Assembly (NCBI GenBank): GCA_048013815.1
Contig: CM106586.1
Span: 15,562,001-15,626,000, forward strand
From: Setoptus koraiensis
Lineage: Eukaryota > Animalia > Arthropoda
Length of the DNA stretch: 64,000 nt
Direction: 5' to 3'
Positions 22,766 through 32,192 of this stretch are shown here, one piece after another. Numbering within the stretch: the stretch's first letter is position 1; each line of letters begins with the position of its first letter. The position numbers and the translations under genes were made by a program. The notes under the pieces were generated by a model, which was given only the letters and a program-made list of their open reading frames with translations, ran no database searches and was not told the DNA's origin.

Positions 22766-23057
22766 CTTCTTCCTGATGAACCAGGAGGGTTTCTCTTTCC
22801 ATTCAGTCTTTTTGTAGTTCCACTCGTAAGCAACTCCCTCAATCGGATCTACAGCGATATCTATATAGAATCTAAGAACCTTCTTTTGGGCTCGGCCCGA
22901 TAGAAGCCCGAGTATCTGGCAGCGGAGGTAGTATAGCCGATCTGAAGAGATACAAAAGGATGGGTATCGATACTAGAAATATAACATTTCCGCAATTTGT
23001 TTCCATCCTCCTTCTCTCTCTAAGTGCGTCCCATTCTGGTCTCTTGTACTTAGTCAT
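22766..23057 (-). pseudogene. COX4: Diverged COX4 pseudogene (internal deletion, frameshifts)
   Basis: KYKRPEWDALR..WK..GNVIFLVSIPILLY..ILPPLPDT, then a frameshift to KKVLRFYIDIAVDPIEGVAYEWNYKKTEWKEKPSWFIRKK. Confidence 0.88.
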
Positions 23058-23181
23058 AACTAAATTAACTGAACGCTAAATCTACCGTTTATTCATGATT
23101 GATAGTCATAAATCTAACTAACAAACACATTTGCAATCAAATATGCATACACTCACAAAATGCAGTAGCAAAAATCACCAC

Positions 23182-24312
23182 TCATCTACCAAATCCTGAC
23201 AAGTTTGTAGGTGCAAATGGATCATTGCTAGGCAGGTTCATAGAGAATGCACTGGCGGGGTTGAAAGGATCATTTTCGGGCAAAGCAAAAGCGCTAGAAT
23301 CCGAGGTGAATGGATCGTTGCCCTTGAATGGGTCATCCCCTTTGAAAGGGTCATCATTTGCAAATGGATCGTTCCCGAAAGCATCCGAATCCTCAAAGAA
23401 TGGTAAATTGGAATTTTGTGCTGATGAAGAATTATTACTCTGCGATTGGCCATCACTTTTTCTACTGCTACTACTCTTGGAACGTAAGTCGTGTAATGGT
23501 GTAGGTGGTGCTAATACTTGACTGATCAACGCACTTAACCTGATAGTATCTTTGTTATTGATTGCTTGATTTAGATCATTAATCCTGTCATCTGTTTGGG
23601 CTTTGAATTCCTCCATTTCAAGCAATTTTGTTTTGACTTCTGTTAGTTGCGATTGTGTATCAGCGAGATCTTTTGACGTAGAATCGAATTCCTCATTGCA
23701 TCTCTTTAATTCTTCTTGTAAGGTGGTCTCCTCTAATTTTAGTGTCTGCAGTCGATCTCGTTTAGTTTTCAATTCTTGATCTTTAGTCTCCACTTTAGTT
23801 CTTTCCGTATTCAATTGTTTCCTTAGTTCCTCTATTTGAGTATTCATCTCGGATAACTTAGTTACAGCGATATCTCGCTGATTATCTAATTGTTTAACCA
23901 TCTGATTATAGGCTTCAATCTCATTATGCATGGTTTTCATTTCGCTCTCTTTGAGTCGCATGCTTGCTCGCTTTTGAGCTAATTCTGCTTCCAATTGTGT
24001 TTTAGCGGCTATTATGTCCTCTGGAGTTTGACGACTGGTCATAGGTGAGGTTGTGTCTGTGGTTGTTGTTGTTACTGGATTTGTTGAGGAGGTATTGGAA
24101 ATGTTTGATCCTGCCGTGTTGTTTGTTGTGCTATTATTACTTGTATTTATTCTAGCTGAAGCCAAATGCTGAAACGGGTCATCATCTGCATTATTGGTTA
24201 TATCTCCCTTTGCGTGGGACTGTTGAACAACGTTATTTGCGTCCATTATTGTCGAAGCACTCGCATTCGTTTGGCCAGAGATATTATTACTAAAATTATC
24301 AAAGTTATCCAT
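23182..24312 (-). CDS. Eps15: Eps15-like protein: coiled coil plus DPF repeats, no EH domains or UIMs, intronless, 376 aa
   Basis: Coiled coil ELAQKRASMRLKESE..VKQLDNQRDIAVTKL resembles insect Eps15; six C-terminal DPF motifs. First ATG at 24312. Confidence 0.72.
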   Translation of the reverse strand: MDNFDNFSNNISGQTNASASTIMDANNVVQQSHAKGDITNNADDDPFQHLASARINTSNNSTTNNTAGSNISNTSSTNPVTTTTTDTTSPMTSRQTPEDIIAAKTQLEAELAQKRASMRLKESEMKTMHNEIEAYNQMVKQLDNQRDIAVTKLSEMNTQIEELRKQLNTERTKVETKDQELKTKRDRLQTLKLEETTLQEELKRCNEEFDSTSKDLADTQSQLTEVKTKLLEMEEFKAQTDDRINDLNQAINNKDTIRLSALISQVLAPPTPLHDLRSKSSSSRKSDGQSQSNNSSSAQNSNLPFFEDSDAFGNDPFANDDPFKGDDPFKGNDPFTSDSSAFALPENDPFNPASAFSMNLPSNDPFAPTNLSGFGR

Positions 24313-24475
24313 GATGATAAAATGGTACACCAGTAATGATTGAATGGGGTTTGGTTTTGTAAAGCCAATGGTTACATTAGGCTAATAACGACAACCGAAT
24401 TAAATAATTCACTATACATTGAATATAAATAGACTAGAAAACAAAATTATCATGGATGTCGTTTGTCAATCTATT

Positions 24476-24725
24476 TCTATTTTGACACACCAACTAATGT
24501 GCTTGAGTATAGGGTGCTTCAAGCAAACAGTTCTACTAGCACAGATTGTGTTACGTGTGTCGCGCCTCCAAAAGTGCAATCCAAAAGTGCTCATGCACCA
24601 ACTGTGCGTCAGGACATGCATCTTCGGCGATTGTATCGTAGGCACAGTGAACAGTACTCACCATGAATATTGATCACAAGTTCTCTGCTATCAATAATGG
24701 AGATTCTAGATGAGGGTGTCGAGTG
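24476..24725 (+). pseudogene. SBDS: Decayed SBDS remnant
   Basis: TCTATTTTGACACACCAACTAA (24476) matches SBDS 18484; AGTGAACAGTACTCA (24646) matches 19143; LSIMEILDEGVE* matches SBDS LSIIEIQDEDVE*. Confidence 0.65.
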
Positions 24726-24833
24726 AAAGAACATAGGTTGACATTACTCGCCTAAGCAATTTATTTGTTATAGTTATTCTAATAAACACACAGAACAGGA
24801 TTACAATTGATTAAGACTCTTTAAGGGCACCGC

Positions 24834-25424
24834 TCACTTCTTCTTCATGAACCAGAAGGGTTTCTCTTTCCATTCGTTCTTTTCGTAGTCCCACTTGGAT
24901 GCAAGTCCCTCAATTGGATCAACAGCGTTATCTATATAGAATCTAACAACCTTCTTCTTACCCTCGTCTGACAGAGTCTCAGGCAGTGGTGGTAGTATGG
25001 TCTTTCTAAAGACCACGTACAAGAAGATTGGTATCGATATTAGGAACATAACATTTCCAGCTATATGTTTCCATTCGGGCGTAGGTGCATCAAACTCGGC
25101 AAATGTCTGACAGAACGAGTAACGGTATAATGCTTTCTTCTCATCTATTGTAAGTAATTTCCAGTCTCCTTCCTCTTTTTTTCTAAGTGCATCCATTTCA
25201 GGTGATGGTCTTTTGTACCGGATTGGGGGGCATGGTATAGACTTCAGGTCGTAGTAGACCTCTCTACCGGAGAAGCTTGGGCCAACTACCTCACGATTGC
25301 CAATCCATTCCCTGTAATCAGGCACTGGATACCCAGTAACGGTTGTTGATGATGATCGTATACAAGCAAGACGACCAATTCGCCCGAATCCTTTTATTCC
25401 GATTTTAGCTAATGGGGTGCTCAT
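24834..25424 (-). CDS. COX4: Cytochrome c oxidase subunit 4, intronless, 196 aa, GAPDH-like N-terminus
   Basis: IGNREVVG..G..Y.D....P.P.IRYK; ALRKKEEGDWKLLTIDEKKALYRYSFCQTFAEF; EWK..TM helix; DPIEGLASKWDYEKNEWK. Confidence 0.95.
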   Translation of the reverse strand: MSTPLAKIGIKGFGRIGRLACIRSSSTTVTGYPVPDYREWIGNREVVGPSFSGREVYYDLKSIPCPPIRYKRPSPEMDALRKKEEGDWKLLTIDEKKALYRYSFCQTFAEFDAPTPEWKHIAGNVMFLISIPIFLYVVFRKTILPPLPETLSDEGKKKVVRFYIDNAVDPIEGLASKWDYEKNEWKEKPFWFMKKK

Positions 25425-26605
25425 AATTGATTGTTTGTTGTATAATAAGTATTGTTGTTGCTAATAATTAGTAATAATAGTGATAAAGGTGCTGCAATGA
25501 TCGCCTTTGGTTGTTCTATCTATTTTATGTAATAACGGAGTGTGGATAATAAGATAGAGAAGGCTAACAAGATGTGAGCATCAAGCAAAAAAATAACATT
25601 AGGTCTGACTAGGAAAATATTGCGGTGAATGTCGTTTCAAGGGCCAAAATTTCGCGCAGGGGGTGGAATCATTAAAAAAGTATGCAGCTGACGCTGATCA
25701 TACCCCCGTTCATCTGTGGATATCCATTGTGATTCACAGTATAAATAATGCATTTTTCAAGCTTTCGCGCCATGCGTACATGTGCTGCAATTGGTCTTTG
25801 AAGTGAATTGAGTAGTCGGCGTCAGCATACACAGTGCATTTTTCCGAATGAACAATGCGAATGTTCGTGAAGCACAGATCGTACATTTGCAATTATTGTA
25901 TGGAATAGACTTAACAAATCGAAGCGCAGTAAAAAACATCCAATAGAGCTAGCACGAGCAGCACACTCATATTTTTCGAGTTTCCTGTGCCATGGTTAGC
26001 ACAAAGCTTGACATTGCGACCATTCTATATGTGGTGTAGGTGATGCTCGCTCTTCGTTCGCTAGCGCACCATTGATGGATTGTTGAGGCGGCCCATAGAG
26101 CACGAGAGAGCTTCGCAGTGGGTTGGTGCACGTTGCAACTGTCCCGCGACGGGACTGTGGTCGTTAACTTTCGAATTGCTTTCTGGTGACTGGCAGCCAG
26201 TCTCGCTACGCGCGCTCTCGCGTTTGGGTGTGAGCAGCCAAAGTTGTTGTTACGATGCGGATAACAAAAAATAATTGTCCTAGTTTGTAAATAAACGTTA
26301 TGCTTTTAATTAGATTGATTTCTGTATTCGATTGATTTCATTAGTACCTCAATGACAACAAAGAAATTATAACCATCAACTATCACGCAGCAGCGAATAG
26401 CAAGAATCAATGAACTATGATCATAGAAACTGACTGGTCAGTCGCCATGATTAATAGAGGCCAACATTAACATTCCTATTTCTAGTCGATAACAGTGGTC
26501 AGTTCATTGTGGCTTACCAGTTGCAAGCAATTACTCGTACATTATTTGATCGGCATAACAAATAGACAAACAAACAAAATAGAAATGAATAAAAGGGAAG
26601 TCATC

Positions 26606-29072
26606 ATGGCCAACACCGGGCAAACTCTCACCGATAGAATTAATGCCGCCCGGTACGCTTTGGCGGGTCAAGGATTGGCAAGATGTGTTTGCAAAGCCAC
26701 CACTGAGGAGATCATCGGACCGAAGAAGAAACACATAGATTGTGAGTGAGCATGATTGTTCTTTCAGACAGTCACTTTTTATCAGATTCTCTATAACATT
26801 ATGTGTCTATTGTGATGATTATTTCTTATGAACAACTTACTTCACTGTGATATACAGATTTAATCGCTTGCACAAACGAACCGAATGTCTCCATACCGCA
26901 ACTGGCCAATCTACTTATAGAGCGTGCCAATCACACAAGCTGGGTTGTTGTTTTAAAGTCTCTTATTACTGTTCATCAATTGATGTCTAACGGAAACGAG
27001 GTGAGCTCTCGACAACAAATATCAACACACTGCTAATATTAGCTGAAGCTGTATAACAATTTTGCTAACAATTATGTCTCAAATCATAATCAATGCCAAA
27101 ATCGAATAGAAATTTACCCAATACATGGCCTCCAGCAATTACACATTCGACCTGTCGGGATTTCTTGATAGGACAATGGCACGAGGCTACAATATGTCAC
27201 AATTCGTTAGAAAATATTCTCAATACATTAATGCGAAATCTCTAGCCTATAGGACGCTCGCACTAGATCTATGCAGAATCGGAAAAGAGTAAGTTAAATC
27301 GAAAGAAGTTACCTTCAAATACTGGCACATCTGTATGATGGGACCTATGACCAGTGATTTATTCATGTATGTTTTTTCCCCGATTGAAATACAGCGTTGG
27401 ATCGCCCAACCTTCTCCGCGTGATGAATATGGAAAATCTGAGCAAAACTCTTCCTGTCTTGGAAAGTCAATTGGACGCATTGCTCAATTTCGAATGCACT
27501 ACCAAAGATCTCAATAACAACGTAATCAATTCAGCGTTCATACTGTCGTTCAGAGACTTAGTCAAATTATTTGTATCCTACAACGATTGTATAATCAATC
27601 TGTTAGGTAAGATACTTTCCATTTCATGACTATTTGTGAATTAACTTCATTATAGTGACTGATCTCTATTCTTTCCACTTATTATCTTATCCAGAGAGGT
27701 ACTTTAAATTGAGTAGGAAGAAAACAAAAGAAGCTTTCGATCTGTACAAGAATTTTCTAGAGAGAATGGACAGGATTAGAGAATTTTTAAGCATTGCTGA
27801 GGCCATAGGTGTAGACAAGGGCGAAATACCTGATTTGAAGACAGCACCTAGCTCTATATTGGATGCCTTAGAGTCACATTTGAATAATTTGCAAGCCAAG
27901 AAGTAAGTCGAAGTCAATCTTGAGGAAAATCAAAAACAGTTTTCTATAGTTTATTTAATTAATACTGATTGGCCATAATTGTCTTCCAACATCATCAGGG
28001 GAGGTAAAAAAGTTGCCTCACATTCGCCGATATCTGACCCAGAAGAGAATAAAGATTTGGACGAGGGCAAAGATCTCGAAAAGAACAGCACTGAAGCTAC
28101 TCCGACAAACGATCTCAAACCCGTTGGAAATCCGTTCTTATCAAAGCCCGTAGATGATACTACAGCATCAGATGCAAACATTGAGAAAGAAGAAGTGAAA
28201 GAAAATGAAAGACCTTTGGATCCCGGAGAAAATATATCCACTTCCAAAAATCTAGCTGTCGATCCAGGTGAGTGATGAACACTTTTTGATTCTGGAAACA
28301 ATCACAGTTACATTGTTTACAAAAGTTACAAAATAACCTGTTCGATTTCTTCTATTTATATCTTGATCTGCGACATTTCAACATAGATGCAGATAAAAAT
28401 GACAGTTCTGGTAATCAAACAGTTGAACATAATACGAATGAGGGGCATCACCCACCTCCAAGACCAACTAGCTCGCCAGCAGTATCACCGAAGAATATAG
28501 CTACATCGAATGATACGAACAAGGAATTGAAGTTGAATTCGAAGAATGAAACCAACTCTAAGCCACCATCTAGACCACCATCTAGGCCACCACCGCCCTC
28601 ATCTGCCAGCTCTAGTCGTGCTGTGAGTCCTACTGTCGCAGTGGACGTAGCAGCGGATATTGTGAATCGACAAAATCGACATGAGGACGAAAAGAATAGT
28701 AACGAAACCGCACAACAACAAACCAAGTCAGAACAGGAAGTTGTTGAAAGTGTTGATTCAAATAAGATCAACCCCGACGGATGCAAGTCACAAGTAGTTG
28801 AAAACGAAGGTCCCGGTACAAATAGTGCAAATCAATCGAGGAGAGGTTCGGCAATAAGTCATAGCGGCGGTCATGCCCCACCGGCTCGACCAGCCCCGCC
28901 AGCAGCCAGGAAACAATCAGAGGTACTTGTTAAAAAGAAACAAAACACTAACCGTAAATCGATTCGTAGATCTATAGTTGAGAGGTTCCACTTACAGTCT
29001 AAGCGTAATTGTAGTCCACCACCTCCATCGATACTAAAACCAGAACACCCTTTACCATCCGAGAGACCATAG
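26606..29072 (+). CDS. PICALM: PICALM/AP180 (lap) ANTH clathrin-assembly protein; join(26606..26741,26858..27000,27110..27288,27395..27606,27695..27902,27999..28267,28387..29072), possible extra in-frame intron 28923..28997
   Basis: GQTLTDRI..A; [17 protein letters not shown]; [18 protein letters not shown]; [20 protein letters not shown]; [27 protein letters not shown]. All junctions are GT-AG and in phase. Confidence 0.93.
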
Positions 29073-29857
29073 CGTCCAGAATCTAGATGTTAGCAGTAGA
29101 GCAGTAGATGTATTTCTATAAACTATCGGTAATGTTCGTGGCCATAAACATGGTACTAAATGGCCTCGTGTGTCAGACTCGTCTTTGATCGGATCTGATT
29201 TGAATCAGCTTGCTTGCATATCAGACGCACAACGCGAACAAAATACGTGGCTTCATACATGGCTTGAAAGTTTAGTTTGAACGTAGCTATACATCGCTTG
29301 ATCAATCAAAAAAAAGAACCTTCTATAAAAATTATCGCGTGCCCTCCCCTAATAATATCCATGATTTACCGCTAAGCATAACATCAACACAGATAGACTC
29401 TCCCACTCATCTCCTTCTTATTTAACCCTTTTTTTTAGGCAAAAATTGAACCGCCCTCGGACGTTTCTTAAAAAAATTCATGACCAGAACAGTTCATATA
29501 GGAGAAGAAGTCTAGAGCATCTAATTGTAGTTAATCACGACCGAGAAAATGCCGGCTAAAAGGATTCATTTTGAGATGGAAACTATAAGGAAACGTCTGC
29601 TAGAGTGCCCATTTGATTATCTTTACTAAGGTGATCGGATGTAGACTCGTTTGTTTATATTAGCGCACACTGGACCTAACCCATAGAATAACATTCTATT
29701 TGAGCAGGAATATTTATGTTTAATTAACACAAGATACACTCATATTTATATACATTAATAATTTCTTTATTTGATAACAGATACACGTATTAAGCTACTC
29801 ACACTAGTTATAGGCACAGCGAATGTTGCGGGATCAATTGATCGGAAAAGGGCTATT

Positions 29858-30094
29858 TCATTTCCAAAATCCTCCATAATTCATGTATTTCTTTGGGTAC
29901 TTGTAAGGACCATGATGGTTTTCACCACCAGTTATGATGATGTTGCCTTTCTTCTTACCGCCCTTCAAAATTATTTTGCCATTGTATATAATAATGTCTT
30001 GTCCTTTGTCTGCTCTAGCAACGTTCATTATGGTAACCAAAATGGTGAAAGTCAATAACACGGTGATGATGAGATGTCTCGGCGATTTCGTCAT
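29858..30094 (-). CDS. Small secreted peptide, 78 aa
   Basis: ATG, signal peptide (HLIITVLLTFTILVTIMNVARA), then DKGQDIIIYNGKIILKGGKKKGNIIITGG..GGFWK. Confidence 0.75.
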   Translation of the reverse strand: MTKSPRHLIITVLLTFTILVTIMNVARADKGQDIIIYNGKIILKGGKKKGNIIITGGENHHGPYKYPKKYMNYGGFWK

Positions 30095-30494
30095 TTTGAG
30101 TCGATGAGATTTGTTGTGATATTCTATTGAGAATAATTGTTCGCACAATGCTATTGATTGATTTAAGAGCTTTCTGCGGTGAGACTGATTGGCCACTGAT
30201 GAAGTTACATGAGATTTCAGGTAATTTATAAGGAAATTTTCTCCTTCAGGTCTCATGTTATCGATGTAGTCAGCTCGCGCCAACAGGATTCTACATCAAA
30301 TTCAATGCGAAAAAAAAAACTTGTCTATGATTTTTTTCCATCCTTCTGTCATCGACTGCAGCATACTTTCAAATGCAAGTGAGAATGCATGGCTTGAGAA
30401 GAGGGACTATATTTACCCAACATGAATGTAACAACTACTATGTCAGGCTTCATTGAACAATACGGTTTTTAACTCGTAAATAACTAAACAGGTG

Positions 30495-32192
30495 TCAACT
30501 TGTCTTTTCCAGCCCAGATCTCCTTGCCATCGCTGCAGCCGCCTTTAGTTCCTTCTCTTTTTGGAGCTCTTTTTGCTCCTGGACATAATCATCATAACAA
30601 TCATTTACTGGTCTGAGGGCTTTCACTGGCTCTGTGAAAAACCAATAAACTGGTCTAATCACCAATCTTAATACATAATTGTACAGAAATTTCTGGACGG
30701 ACACTGGTAGGTTGTCGTAAAATTTTTTGCTATCTAGAATAGTTATAAGGGAGCAGATCATTGCAAACATTATAACTGCATTGAAAAATGGCGGATGAAT
30801 ATTTTTTTGAAATCGCTCCGAATGTGCCAACAGGCTACGCCTTCCAGGATGTGATTGGTTGGTAAAGTACCTCTTAGAAGTGTAGTTATGTAGTGGAGTA
30901 GTTGTGGTGGTGTTTGACGATATGTGTGAAACTGATTCACTAGCATCACACTTGAAATAGTCCCTCTCTTCCGCCTCAGTTACACCTATAGTATATTTTT
31001 TTAGGCATGCAGGAATATTATATCTACCAGAAGCCTCTTGATTGTTTTCAATAATGCTCATTATCAATGCACTACTATCAACGGCGATAGCATCCATAAT
31101 ATGTCCTCTTTTCAAGTTGATTCTAGTTGTGATGTAATCCAGGTAATTACTTATTCTAGCGACTGGTATCCAGGCATTTTTCGAAGGTAACCAAGTGTCC
31201 ACTCTGTAACAATCGTATTCGTTTGATCTAAGTTGTGGTGCGCCACAATGTACAATTCTACTAGGTATTGCAAGTTGCACGTAACAGTCCCAAATGAGAT
31301 TTCTCAATGTTAAAAACTCCAGGGTTGAATCTTTTTCTCTGGATGATGTAACACTCATACAGTAAACAATATCGGTTTGTTTGACTAGCTGTTTCTCAAC
31401 CGTTTCGTGTCCAAAGTTATAACTGGCGCCACTGGACATCAGTCGGAGCGGGCTGTTGATGCTTTTGTTGAGGTGACACCGGGAAACGAAAGCGGCACAA
31501 GATTCTCTGGAGGTCTCGACTAAATGTTCACATACCTGGGCACCAGGTAGATTGTTCATGATTCGGCAGCAGTCGTCTTGGAAAGTTTTATTCTCTGACG
31601 AATTGACGGCTTCAACCACAGCAGATTTAACGATACATAATCCTGAAAAATGATCAAAGTTTAGTTTCGTTTCAAGCTGAGCTGAAAAGTAGTCTAGGAT
31701 GGCTAATTGAAGTTTTGCACCCAAACCAAAATAATACTGACTATTAGGACCAACAACCGATTTGTACATGCACCCGTTTATATATGATAACTTGATGTAG
31801 TCGAGTTTTTTGGACAAATTGCTAGGATGCCTTGGTTTGATTACATCAACAACATTTTCCGTATCTTCGACACTTTTGTGTATTTTATTTGGTATAGCCA
31901 ACACCTTGGGCATAACCTTTTCTTCTTGCGCCCACAATCTTCGCTTATCCTCATCTGTCATATCTTCTTTGTTGTTGAGACGCAACATTTCGTCCACATC
32001 TTCTTTGAGATCATTTAATTTGTTCAGTAACGATAAATTGCCCCTTCTTGCTACGACTTTTTTGAGTTCATCTTGGTTGGCTAATAATCTACGATAGAAT
32101 TCTGCATTGTAACGAGGCTTGTAAACTGAATATATTTGTCTTGACCAATAGCCAGTCAAGTATAATGAGGAGAAGAATTTAGGTTGAGCCAT
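30495..32192 (-). CDS. Slimp: SLIMP-like mitochondrial seryl-tRNA synthetase paralog with a 165-aa C-terminal extension, intronless, 565 aa
   Basis: SLYLTG..Y....P resembles SLIMP SALYITG..LQPY; LAIPN; SerRS-like C-terminus (ISNYLDYITTR, SIIENNQ..G..NIPACL); the motif-2 FRxE is absent (SSGASYN). Confidence 0.78.
   Translation of the reverse strand: MAQPKFFSSLYLTGYWSRQIYSVYKPRYNAEFYRRLLANQDELKKVVARRGNLSLLNKLNDLKEDVDEMLRLNNKEDMTDEDKRRLWAQEEKVMPKVLAIPNKIHKSVEDTENVVDVIKPRHPSNLSKKLDYIKLSYINGCMYKSVVGPNSQYYFGLGAKLQLAILDYFSAQLETKLNFDHFSGLCIVKSAVVEAVNSSENKTFQDDCCRIMNNLPGAQVCEHLVETSRESCAAFVSRCHLNKSINSPLRLMSSGASYNFGHETVEKQLVKQTDIVYCMSVTSSREKDSTLEFLTLRNLIWDCYVQLAIPSRIVHCGAPQLRSNEYDCYRVDTWLPSKNAWIPVARISNYLDYITTRINLKRGHIMDAIAVDSSALIMSIIENNQEASGRYNIPACLKKYTIGVTEAEERDYFKCDASESVSHISSNTTTTTPLHNYTSKRYFTNQSHPGRRSLLAHSERFQKNIHPPFFNAVIMFAMICSLITILDSKKFYDNLPVSVQKFLYNYVLRLVIRPVYWFFTEPVKALRPVNDCYDDYVQEQKELQKEKELKAAAAMARRSGLEKTS

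Noticed and set aside
25368-25424. A complete GAPDH gene sharing a first exon with COX4
   Set aside because: No GAPDH catalytic-domain sequence was found downstream on the minus strand in this window, and there is no convincing donor after the motif.
29858-30283. 141-aa version of the small secreted ORF
   Set aside because: The listed start is not ATG; the signal peptide begins directly after ATG 30094.
30495-32192. Catalytically active mitochondrial SerRS (SARS2)
   Set aside because: Class II motif 2 (FRxE) and motif 3 Arg are not recognisable, and the N-terminus resembles SLIMP.
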